A DNA stretch of 32,000 nucleotides from Trichlorobacter lovleyi SZ (GTDB taxonomy: Bacteria; Desulfobacterota; Desulfuromonadia; Geobacterales; Pseudopelobacteraceae): the NCBI RefSeq assembly GCF_000020385.1, contig NC_010814.1, positions 1,440,001 through 1,472,000 of the forward strand. Direction: 5' to 3'. Positions 9,501 through 17,242 of the stretch are shown in pieces; the stretch's first letter is position 1, and every line of letters begins with the position of its first letter. The position numbers were made by a program, and so were the translations under genes. The notes beneath the pieces were generated by a model. The model saw only the letters and a list, made by a program, of their open reading frames with translations. It ran no database searches and was not told where the DNA came from.

Positions 9501-10171
9501 GGCTTATCCATGTACCGGTGGTATGGGATACGCAACCCTTGGTCGGGATAGAATGTTTCGACATTTTTCTGCCAGACATAAGCACCGCCGTATTGCTCCT
9601 TTGTCTGTTCATCAGTACCCTCGTAATATACGATCTCCCCGAGCTTCTTCACACGTGACAATCCAATTACAACGTAGTTCTTGGCATCTTCAGTGCTGAA
9701 AGGATTACTCAGGTTAGCATAGTGAAATACCAAGCTCTTCTCTGGCTCAATCGCAGCAAAGAACTCCTTGGCTAGCTCTAACCGCTTCCAGTTATCTACT
9801 CGCCCGCTAGCTTTCGCTTCGTCGCCATACATCGCTTCGTATGGCCAGACGCAGACTGTAGCCGGCGGAAGATGCCATGAAGTCCTGTTGCCAGAGCGGA
9901 AGAAATCCGGTGGATCGTCGAACGCTGTCAAGGGGTCGGCACCAAACGCATTTATACTGTAAATACATGGGGGCGCGCCATCAATCTTGGAACATGGTTT
10001 ACCGGCAATTTCAACGGATTTTTCCCAGGCAAGGTCGCGAGCTCCCCGGATCTTGTCACCGGGATATGAATGAGGACCGATGCAATATCTATTGCAATCG
10101 GGATTCTGGCAAATATGGCCATTCCATCCATCCATGTGCCACGATAGGCGTGCTGATAAGTGTATTGCCAT
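6527..10171 (-). CDS. 1214-aa multidomain protein: unknown Cys/Trp-rich N-terminal region, RecD/TraA-like SF1 helicase core, C-terminal PD-(D/E)xK-type nuclease-like module
   Basis: A GGAGGGG RBS precedes the ATG. Helicase motifs: Walker A GAAGTGKTT (res 601-609), LLLAPTGKAA, Walker B FVIDEASML, ILVGDPNQLPP, SVHKSQGSEF, FYTGITRAT. The NPYVLIEQYVG segment resembles the RecD2 N-terminal region. The C-terminal SKSEVIIANML...YLPDFTIVW...YWEHLG resembles Vsr/DUF559/DUF2726-type endonuclease folds. Confidence 0.85.
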   Translation of the reverse strand: MAIHLSARLSWHMDGWNGHICQNPDCNRYCIGPHSYPGDKIRGARDLAWEKSVEIAGKPCSKIDGAPPCIYSINAFGADPLTAFDDPPDFFRSGNRTSWHLPPATVCVWPYEAMYGDEAKASGRVDNWKRLELAKEFFAAIEPEKSLVFHYANLSNPFSTEDAKNYVVIGLSRVKKLGEIVYYEGTDEQTKEQYGGAYVWQKNVETFYPDQGLRIPYHRYMDKPEVLEKIVLIPENSRCFKYGSRHVSDDDALSLVERFIEIVTFLRDIGDDSENWSVRLQWLNSLVAELWKSRGLFPGLSRVMDLIGLSSAVTPFRSAVAKGQEKIFHDAVFQWLNAGRDAIPGVSIGSAEITKIRRQWSLRTDDERQILTGLLPRIDLPVDQMERILSEKRIENGLEAGLGDIQANPYVLIEQYVGENPDDSINFSRVDHAVFPSPDLGGEFLFDTDDWRRLRALCVDRLKFETKHTFLTCGQMLQDVNRRLSYLPDWKRVEFTARYLEVDRTNLEFAMVFRREGERDYAYLRGAYEAEREIEDRIRKLAGYSDITFRSPVTERHWKDLLFEAKSPLAEKSRHDYEVAIEAQAAVCAKIFNRPISVVCGAAGTGKTTIIRSIIQAIEKAHGTDATFLLLAPTGKAADRIREKTGKEASTIHSFLARRGWLNPNLTLKHSGGQREDQVTTFVIDEASMLDLELLAAVFRAINWSAVQRIILVGDPNQLPPIGRGKVFADIIEWLRKNHPASIGELTVNLRQMENRLTGKGTGILDLASIYVRNPNRDQKDEEESIRAELMLQRLQDLPPDGTVDKDLRVIYWKGADDLLSKIVNRIVADMEEDSGEKFNPEAAHALWLAATRGKEKNPRPDYHQVISPYRHEDFGTEAINLRIQQEARGVGMRRVGLLAGLTLFDKVIQVRNRGASDAIWAYNHQTRQNERSSVFNGELGFVVPHALDGSKWQVPEKTYYRIKRFQVRFSRKEHLAFAYGKELGYAMEGTKKRYLPDEKPEDNLELAYAISVHKSQGSEFERVYFVLPKQKTALLSPELFYTGITRATRHCTVLIEEDIAPLLKIHRPESSHLVGINCSLFEFTPAPDGFELIRREGFFEEGRIHRTLAEAMVRSKSEVIIANMLFDRDISFLYEKPLYAPDGSFYLPDFTIVWRGEQFYWEHLGLLERDEYKRHWDTKKAWYEKHFPGRLVTTEESGNLSITARNLIETRFS

Positions 10172-10216
10172 TTCCCCTCCAAAATTCCAGAGCTGCGACT
10201 CTTTACGGTACTACTG

Positions 10217-12961
10217 TCAAATCTCAGTATTTCGGTAGACGTCAACCTTTGTCTGTCGACAGCGGCGAAGACTGTGGTCTGCAGCTTCAATCGAGATCCA
10301 GCTTTCAGGCTTATGATATATATCCAAGCCTCGACCAATCTTAACGGTCCATCCGTTGTCAAAGAGGATCTCACGGTCATGAATACTGGAATCTCTTCGC
10401 CAGGTAAGAGTAACCCCCCTGCTACTCAGGTCACGGGATAATGTTTCTAATCTACTGTCAGCATCGTCAGTGTTTTCTCCGGTTTGTTTACCAGAATGAA
10501 GCTCTATCCTGTTTACTCTTCCGAACCGAATGGCCAATGCGCAGAAACGGGAAAAATTATCCACTTGATGCGGAAGTTTAATGTAGGGATCTTCAATTTT
10601 TATGTGTGTAACATCGTCGATATAAGGGCGGAAAATCCTCTCATAAGTGTATCCAGTTGCGTTGTCCAATATTTCGTAATGCTGCTCTTTGAGCATGTTG
10701 GCCAAGAGGTCGGCTGCATTTTCATCTTCAGTGGAGTCACCGGCAGGCGGGGCAATGTGAGGATTCAGAGGTGCAAATACGACTGCTTCAGGACTGGCCG
10801 CAAAATTACGCAGAAGAGCGACCATTCCACTAAGATATGAGGTGACTTGTTCTCGTTGGCCTTCGGCAGCAACTTGCAATGAGGACTCAATTGCTTGTAG
10901 TCGTTGCTGAATGACTCCTTCCGAGGTTTCCCTAATTCGTGGGCCGACTGATTCCGCATTCTTTCTAATTGCTCCAGCAAACTCATGAATTCTCGTTTCA
11001 AGATGGGTCCGCAAGGCGTCAGCAAGCATTTTACGTATTTCAGAGTAGAAACGTGTCACTTCGTCACCCTGCTTAACAGTGGTCCCCTTGCCGAATACAT
11101 CTGAAACCTTGCTGCGGGCACCGTCAAGCCTCTCCTGGACCTCCTCAGTCACAAAGTCGTCAAGTTTTGAGACAATCCCATCTCTTTCCTGTTCTCCGAG
11201 TTTCTGGAATGTCCTGCGAAGACCATCAAACAATGGCGTTTGTGCTGCGGCTAACGCTATCGGCTCCAACCCGGCCAATTTGTGGTCGGCTTCGAGAGAG
11301 TTCAACTCCGACTGCAAAAGAGTAAGCTGTCTGCCAGCCTGGCCCATGTAACTTTCTAAGTGTTCGCGTAATTCATTCAGTACTGCCTCGGCCTTTGGGA
11401 AAACTCGGTCGGCTACTTTTGCCTGTAAATCATATAGAGCACCCCAATAACCACACCGTCGCGTCTTCCAGTGCTTGATGAGATCGGCCTTTTCCAGGTC
11501 GTTAAGGACCTCCTTAGCTTGCATGGAAATAAGATCGAGGTGAAGGGGTAGTGTTTTGAACAAGGCCTCCTGGTCATTTGCCAAGAGGCCAAGGGCTTCC
11601 CCCGAGCGTTCACCAAAAGTATCCAACTTCTGCCTTAATGCCGTCCTGATAGTTTCTATTTCTTCACGGACTCTGGCAGGATCAAATTCTCGTTCAAGAG
11701 TATTCAGACGCTCCCCGAATGCACGACGAAGGCGCTCCAAAGCTATCCCTAACCGATCGTTGAGAACATTCCGTGCCTGTTCAAACCGGTTGCTGGTGGA
11801 AAGAATCCGATACAGTCCATCGCGGACAGCATCTATGCCTCCTTTTTCTACTTCTCCATCATCATGAAATTTGGCAGAAACCAAGTGCACAGGAACATTG
11901 TCGAGTTGCTCAATGAAATAGTATCCCTCTTCGTCGGTAAGCTGATTGGTTTGAAGCAGCTCATCCAACGTGGATTTTGATTCTGACCTAACCCGATTGG
12001 CTTCTCGGCCCTTGAAATCATTGTATGCAGGAGGATCGTCATCGTTTTCCCGTGCGTCACGAACCGCATTTTCATAGGTCTCGTCGCACTTGGTAACAAT
12101 CAATTGAAGATGTTTGATCTGGCGTCGCCTTAACTGACGCAAGATAAATTCTTTATCGCTTTGACTGTACGATGCCCCGCTGACAGTTAAGAAAAGGATT
12201 GCATCAACGTCTTTAACAAGCTCTTCCGTAAGTAAAACCCGGAAGTGTTCAGTGTCATCTAGTCCTGGGGTATCAATCAACTCGATTTGATCACGCAATA
12301 GAGGAATTGGGGCATAGATCGTCAATTTGTTAACGAGATAATGCAACGGCTCCTGGCCGGAGGTGAATTTCTTGATGGCGGCAAGAAAGGCTTTTTTCCC
12401 GTCACGCGTCCCCCAGTCCTCTGCCAGGATTTTGTGTACCTTTCCATCTGGTTGAACCCAGCGTTTAACCAATCCATCGAGATCGATCTGCTCTCGGGGG
12501 ATATCGCGCCCTTCCCTGTCCTTCCTGGGCGGACGTTCGTTAAAATGGATAAAACGGTCATATCTCTTTACTTCAGGATTTTTCGGATCGTCTGCGTGAT
12601 CTTCTTTAAGGCGCTGCCACTCCTCGACACTTACTAATTCAACCTCTGCCCGAGTTTGAGTGTCATAGCGAAAAATTGAAATTGCCGCAGTTTCAGGGTT
12701 TGTGTCCACTCCCGCCAGACGCTCCCCAGCCAACTTGTTAACAAAGGCGGATTTCCCCACCTTAAAACGGCCAACAACGGCCACTCGATACCGTTCTGGA
12801 ATATGCGCCTGTTCCAGTGCCTCGGTCAGAAGCATGACCTGTTCATCAATAAAAGGTCGATACGCCGGAAGTTCCTTATGTAGAGCTTGTTCTAACTGCT
12901 GTCTAAGAAGGATGATCCTGTCGCGTGCTTCGTGCAGTTCGTGAACAAGTAACATACTCAT
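10217..12961 (-). CDS. dynamin-family GTPase fused to a C-terminal MIT_C (MITD1-type PLD-fold) domain
   Basis: GTPase motifs, numbered on the 923-aa track ORF: G1 GRFKVGKS (73-80), G3 DTPG (239-242), G4 TKCD (299-302), followed by a long helical region. The C-terminal IEDPYIKLPHQVDNFSRFC...IHDREILFDNGWTVKIGRGLDIYHKP...RRCRQTKVDVY closely resembles human MITD1 MIT_C as I recall it. The track start (12988) is a TTG. The ATG at 12961 has a GGAGGG RBS 9 nt upstream, so I use it. Confidence 0.85.
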   Translation of the reverse strand: MSMLLVHELHEARDRIILLRQQLEQALHKELPAYRPFIDEQVMLLTEALEQAHIPERYRVAVVGRFKVGKSAFVNKLAGERLAGVDTNPETAAISIFRYDTQTRAEVELVSVEEWQRLKEDHADDPKNPEVKRYDRFIHFNERPPRKDREGRDIPREQIDLDGLVKRWVQPDGKVHKILAEDWGTRDGKKAFLAAIKKFTSGQEPLHYLVNKLTIYAPIPLLRDQIELIDTPGLDDTEHFRVLLTEELVKDVDAILFLTVSGASYSQSDKEFILRQLRRRQIKHLQLIVTKCDETYENAVRDARENDDDPPAYNDFKGREANRVRSESKSTLDELLQTNQLTDEEGYYFIEQLDNVPVHLVSAKFHDDGEVEKGGIDAVRDGLYRILSTSNRFEQARNVLNDRLGIALERLRRAFGERLNTLEREFDPARVREEIETIRTALRQKLDTFGERSGEALGLLANDQEALFKTLPLHLDLISMQAKEVLNDLEKADLIKHWKTRRCGYWGALYDLQAKVADRVFPKAEAVLNELREHLESYMGQAGRQLTLLQSELNSLEADHKLAGLEPIALAAAQTPLFDGLRRTFQKLGEQERDGIVSKLDDFVTEEVQERLDGARSKVSDVFGKGTTVKQGDEVTRFYSEIRKMLADALRTHLETRIHEFAGAIRKNAESVGPRIRETSEGVIQQRLQAIESSLQVAAEGQREQVTSYLSGMVALLRNFAASPEAVVFAPLNPHIAPPAGDSTEDENAADLLANMLKEQHYEILDNATGYTYERIFRPYIDDVTHIKIEDPYIKLPHQVDNFSRFCALAIRFGRVNRIELHSGKQTGENTDDADSRLETLSRDLSSRGVTLTWRRDSSIHDREILFDNGWTVKIGRGLDIYHKPESWISIEAADHSLRRCRQTKVDVYRNTEI

Positions 12962-13039
12962 ATGTGCATTCCCTCCGTAATAATTCAAAATTCAATTGAT
13001 ATTCAAATAGTTGCCTTGCCTTTCATCAACAGCAATATC

Positions 13040-14131
13040 TCACACCAGCCTGCTTGCCTGATACCAGTACCAAAATGCCTCGGGATTGACCGACATGAGT
13101 CGGTTGAGGCGTTCCCATTCACCCTCAATCTTCAACTGTCGCATCTCTTCTGGTGAAGGAATTGCCTTGAAAACCTCCAACGAAGAACCTGCCCCCTCGC
13201 TTCCTATCAATCTGGCCACCAGTGCGGCTTTTGCAGCTGCCAGCTTTGCTGCATCCAGGTTGAAGCGGTGGTTGACGAGATGGGATGTTAGCTTTCGTGT
13301 TCCATCTTCGAGCATGAGCGCATCAGGAGAGTCGCTTACCCCCTTGAGGCGATGCAGGCTGAGTCTCAAGGATGCATCCAGCGTGTCGTGCAGGCTGTCA
13401 GTTGCGGTCATACCGCCACCGCGATATACATTTTCCAGATCAAAAACCTTATGGTAAACCCTTCGGACAGCCGTTAGGTCCTCTGTCAGGTTGAACAACT
13501 CGCCCACATCGAAGAGTTGTTTGACGATCTGCATGGTGTCAGGGGGGCCGCCATTGGCCGGTGCAATGTGCACACCGGTTGTTCTCGGGGCAAATGCCGT
13601 CAGCTTATCCGCCAGCAAGCTTTCCACTGTGGGAACTGTGACCGGGATCTCTCGTCGGATCTCCAGAATATCCGGAGTAATCGGTTTGACTATCACATCA
13701 TGGGGAACATGGGGTTCTTCCACGACATCCAGGAAAACGTAGGGCGCCGGGTTGCCGGCAACAAGGGGGGTGTAGAAGAATTTGAAGTGCCGTCTTTGTG
13801 GCAGGCCACGGGAACCCCGCTCATCTTCCTCATAGCGGGTAAATGGCGGCACCTTCGCCACCTCACCGAGAATCCGGTCCAGTTCTGTTGCCGGAGCTGA
13901 ACAGAGAATGTCAATATCAATGGAAAGTCTGCGGATGACCGGGACATGGAGCAGGAGGCTCGTCCCCCCCTTGAATACGAAATTCAGGTCACTTTCCGCC
14001 AGGTGACCCAGAAGTGCGAAGGCATGGAGAGCTCGTTCAAGCAGGGAAGGATCAACCCCTTTAAGCTCTTTCCTTTTTTTGTCCAACCAGTCGGCCGTAA
14101 AGCAGATTTCAGCGATCATATTGCTGTCCAC
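13040..14131 (-). CDS. abiEii: AbiEii/AbiGii-family nucleotidyltransferase toxin (type IV TA / abortive infection)
   Basis: FVFKGGTSLLLHV...RRLSIDIDILC is the G-S...D-x-D NTase signature typical of DUF1814/AbiEii. It lies directly downstream of an AbiEi-like gene. Confidence 0.8.
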   Translation of the reverse strand: MDSNMIAEICFTADWLDKKRKELKGVDPSLLERALHAFALLGHLAESDLNFVFKGGTSLLLHVPVIRRLSIDIDILCSAPATELDRILGEVAKVPPFTRYEEDERGSRGLPQRRHFKFFYTPLVAGNPAPYVFLDVVEEPHVPHDVIVKPITPDILEIRREIPVTVPTVESLLADKLTAFAPRTTGVHIAPANGGPPDTMQIVKQLFDVGELFNLTEDLTAVRRVYHKVFDLENVYRGGGMTATDSLHDTLDASLRLSLHRLKGVSDSPDALMLEDGTRKLTSHLVNHRFNLDAAKLAAAKAALVARLIGSEGAGSSLEVFKAIPSPEEMRQLKIEGEWERLNRLMSVNPEAFWYWYQASRLV

Positions 14132-14160
14132 TAACTACACATATATTCATAAATGTGGAG

Positions 14161-14880
14161 TTAGTGTATTATCTCCTTGCTATCTATTTTCTTCTTGAGA
14201 TCTTCTGCATAGCCAAATAAAACAGTAAGTTGCAACAATCCTGAGCCAAGGGCAGTGTCAATAATCCGCTGCACTTCGGCAGAATCCATCAATTTAAGTT
14301 TGTTAGCTTCGATGACAAGATCTACCAGTGCCTTTTCAATGGCCGCGATATGCTCCTTGGCGTTCGGCTGATCAGTTTTTGTTGGACGGAGGACGATTGT
14401 CTTCTCGCTGGGCTGGAGTAATTGATCCACAACATTTTTAACAGGATTAGCCCAAGCATTCCAGCCGATCCCGCGTAATGCGTCGGCTACTGAATTTAAG
14501 GTGTCGCTCTCAGCATAGAGGAAAGTCGTAGGTTGGGCTATAAGATGCAGGGCAAAAGGATTGAACTGAACCGTGGACCAGCAGCAGAAATCGAGTAGCG
14601 GGAAAACCTTTTTCACATCACGGATCACGTTTGCTACAGGCTTTGGATCGAGACTGACGGGCCTACTATGGCGGCTGTACCAGCCACGTCCAGCATCAAC
14701 GACAATGCCGGTGGCCATAGCCTCGCTCATGTACTTGCGAAGAGAGTTATCAGCCAATTCGATTCCATCAGCAGTCAAAGTGCGCTTCACAGCATCGATG
14801 GAAAAATACGCGCTCTGCACCTTGAGTACAGGAAGCGTATGGGTAAAGAGATAAGCTTTATGTGTCAAAGGTAATTTCAT
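14161..14880 (-). CDS. abiEi: AbiEi-like antitoxin / wHTH protein paired with AbiEii
   Basis: It sits 29 nt upstream of abiEii. The N-terminal winged-helix-like part ends in GIVVDAGRGWYSR, resembling the R-G-x-Y motif of AbiEi antitoxins. The start was moved to ATG 14880 (MKLPLTHK) to remove the overlap with the upstream gene. Confidence 0.6.
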   Translation of the reverse strand: MKLPLTHKAYLFTHTLPVLKVQSAYFSIDAVKRTLTADGIELADNSLRKYMSEAMATGIVVDAGRGWYSRHSRPVSLDPKPVANVIRDVKKVFPLLDFCCWSTVQFNPFALHLIAQPTTFLYAESDTLNSVADALRGIGWNAWANPVKNVVDQLLQPSEKTIVLRPTKTDQPNAKEHIAAIEKALVDLVIEANKLKLMDSAEVQRIIDTALGSGLLQLTVLFGYAEDLKKKIDSKEIIH

Positions 14881-14894
14881 TGCGGGGAACTCGT

Positions 14895-16115
14895 TTATAA
14901 ATAAAAGACTCCGAAAATAACCACCCCGACAAGGAATGGAGCCCAACTTAAGCATCTAAACAACCGTAACAACCATCGCAATTTATTTTCGTTTTTATCC
15001 AATCCTGTCTTCATTTCAGATATTGCAGACTTTAGTTCATCCGGATAAACTTCCTGTTTCCCTTCAAGTGCGTTAAAGACAATATTCTTTGCATGAATTA
15101 TTCTTTGTAATTGGCGCTGCTGATTGCCTACTGTTCCAGAGAAAATAAGCGTTGCTAAACCAAGGCCAATTACTATCATCAAACTTTCTAAAACTGATGT
15201 AGATTTCATAATTGCAATTGCTGCTGCAAGGGATATAGGGATACCTAACAATTTACCTGTTATGTCGATAATTATCTTGGAAAATTCATCGGCTATCTTT
15301 AACTCAGCTTCCGCTACCTCTCTTTTTGCTTTGTGAAAAGCAAAACCACTCAAATATGTATCAAGATTGTTGTTAAAAATATTGATAAAATCTTCCCATT
15401 CAGAGACAAGAAATGAGAATGTAGGCTGTCCGACAGGGCACTTCTGCAAAAACTCCGCTAAGGACACGCGGAATACTCCTACCTTAGAGCTATAGTGAGG
15501 ATCAGTCTTGGGATTGTCTGCCCGCAGGGATTCTACAAGAGTTAAATCGGGAATGCGACCATCAAGCATATCCACATTGATGGTCGTGTCTATCTCTACA
15601 GTCTTGGAAGCTGGCTGCGTTGAATCTTCAGGTTGGATGAATATTAATCTATAATGTCCTGCAGCTGTCTTTTCATCGTGATAATGAGCTAAATCAGATA
15701 AACCTTTGATCAGCTTGCAGACGACAGATAATTTTTCTAACTTAGGAAATGGCGTATCTGTCCCGTTAAAATAATCCTCTTCAATCAAATAAAATTCAGA
15801 TGGCATTTCGCCGCGAGATATCTTAGGAGCACCAGTTATCAAGCCAGACAAAGAAGGGTAAAATTTACAGTCTGTACCAGTAGGCAACCTGAATATTAAT
15901 TCAACTTGACTACCTTGATCAGGCAACGCCTCAGTAGTCGTTATCTCAGCATCATCAACAAGTATTTCGTCAAACAGGTTCGAATTTAATTCTCTGATAG
16001 ACTTGATCAAACTGATCACATCAGTATCAATGGCTAATAGCGACGAGAACACCCCACCACTTATTGGGGGTCTATTTGCCTTGCGGTACAATTTTACTAT
16101 GGGAGCAAGAGCCAT
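14895..16115 (-). CDS. hypothetical membrane protein (soluble N-terminal ~270 aa, C-terminal TM helices)
   Basis: 406-aa ORF. Hydrophobic segments are LLGIPISLAAAIAIM, LMIVIGLGLATLIFSGTV and the C-terminal WAPFLVGVVIFGVFYL. It starts 3 nt after the stop of the NdpA-like gene. The DNA is A+T-rich. Confidence 0.6.
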   Translation of the reverse strand: MALAPIVKLYRKANRPPISGGVFSSLLAIDTDVISLIKSIRELNSNLFDEILVDDAEITTTEALPDQGSQVELIFRLPTGTDCKFYPSLSGLITGAPKISRGEMPSEFYLIEEDYFNGTDTPFPKLEKLSVVCKLIKGLSDLAHYHDEKTAAGHYRLIFIQPEDSTQPASKTVEIDTTINVDMLDGRIPDLTLVESLRADNPKTDPHYSSKVGVFRVSLAEFLQKCPVGQPTFSFLVSEWEDFINIFNNNLDTYLSGFAFHKAKREVAEAELKIADEFSKIIIDITGKLLGIPISLAAAIAIMKSTSVLESLMIVIGLGLATLIFSGTVGNQQRQLQRIIHAKNIVFNALEGKQEVYPDELKSAISEMKTGLDKNENKLRWLLRLFRCLSWAPFLVGVVIFGVFYL

Positions 16116-16118
16116 GAC

Positions 16119-17234
16119 TTACTCCTCTGGCCTGTTTTCTAGCTCTTCACAGATTTTTTCGATCAAACTATCAGGTAGATCCTTTATCGTAATGCGATTA
16201 TTTTCTCGGTCGTAATATATTTGAGCAGCGTCAGTCACCCCGAGAGCATGACGTTCAAATTTAAGATCCCAATTGTCAGCACTGTAAATAATATGCGTGT
16301 GTTTTTTTAATGCAGCCTTGTTTACGGGAAATTCAACTGGTACAGCATGCTCTTCACTATTCAGATGTGAGATGAGAGCACAAGCCATCTCGTCGACTTG
16401 GCCCGGCTCTCCAGCTGGCATGAACTGACGTGCTATCTCTTCCACCTCGCTGAGTTTAACGGATTCTCCTACCTCCTCTTTTCTCGAAAGGTATGCAAGC
16501 AAGTTGTCTTTAAACCTCTTGCGAAAAGGGTTAAGAGCGTCGTTGTTTCTAAAAAATGCTGTACTTTCTTTAACCAAAGTGTCGGTAGCACGTGCTGATG
16601 CAGCTCCGGGGGCGCAACCAAGTGCAGTTACAAAATAACCAGCCGCCGTCTTTCCAGCATTTGGGCTTACAAAACTCAGATAGCTCAACTCTTGACGGTC
16701 AGCCTCAGGTGCAGCAAGATATGCAGACAACTTCCCGAAATTAACGCGAGCTGCCTGGTAGAGGCGATTCATATCAAGCTCTGTGAGTTCCTCTGGTTCA
16801 AGGCCTTCGCTAAGCCTTATTCCCTCTTTTTGCTTGATCATTGCTATTATGAAAAACCTTGACTGAGCGCTTGAATAATCAGCGAAAAGTATATAGCCCC
16901 CGGATGACGCTTGGCTTGATTCAGCTTTTCTATACAGTTCGTCCATTGCGACTCGCGTTAGTGCCATAAACTGCGCGTCATCCGGGGTCGCAGATTCAGT
17001 ATATGTGCTAAAACTGCCCGGAAAGGCTCCGCTGCCGTCGCCAGTACGGAAGGTTCCATAATGGGCGCTGTTGTTGCGAGTGCCATAAAGCGACGTGATG
17101 CCGTCAACCAACTTTAGCACAATCCCGTTAGTAGGATCTAGAACGGCTGCCCTTAGGTTAGATGGTTGAATTGGTTGGTGCTGTTCTTTAACAAGCTCAT
17201 GAATTACTACCTTGTTAATGATGATATCAGGCAT
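16119..17234 (-). CDS. NdpA/YejK-like nucleoid-associated protein (NA37 family)
   Basis: The N-terminal IINKVVIHELVKE and the central GGYILFADY...RFFIIAMIK match the NA37 pattern as I know it. The ATG at 17234 is preceded by GGGGGA. The track's 12-codon extension would overlap the upstream gene. Confidence 0.65.
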   Translation of the reverse strand: MPDIIINKVVIHELVKEQHQPIQPSNLRAAVLDPTNGIVLKLVDGITSLYGTRNNSAHYGTFRTGDGSGAFPGSFSTYTESATPDDAQFMALTRVAMDELYRKAESSQASSGGYILFADYSSAQSRFFIIAMIKQKEGIRLSEGLEPEELTELDMNRLYQAARVNFGKLSAYLAAPEADRQELSYLSFVSPNAGKTAAGYFVTALGCAPGAASARATDTLVKESTAFFRNNDALNPFRKRFKDNLLAYLSRKEEVGESVKLSEVEEIARQFMPAGEPGQVDEMACALISHLNSEEHAVPVEFPVNKAALKKHTHIIYSADNWDLKFERHALGVTDAAQIYYDRENNRITIKDLPDSLIEKICEELENRPEE

Positions 17235-17242
17235 ACATCCCC

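Noticed and set aside
9877-10441. ORFs on both strands bridging the GTPase/helicase junction (9877-10344 +, 9952-10380 -, 10160-10441 +).
   Set aside because: They overlap the well-supported ends of the two large genes in other frames. The 45-nt spacer with a GGAGGGG RBS explains the junction.
12983-13006. Three ATTCAA direct repeats in the 78-nt spacer upstream of the GTPase gene, considered as a promoter (TTGAAT-N18-TATTAC on the minus strand).
   Set aside because: The putative -10 would lie only a few nt from the RBS, leaving no workable leader. The operon may instead be read through from abiEii, so I make no promoter call.
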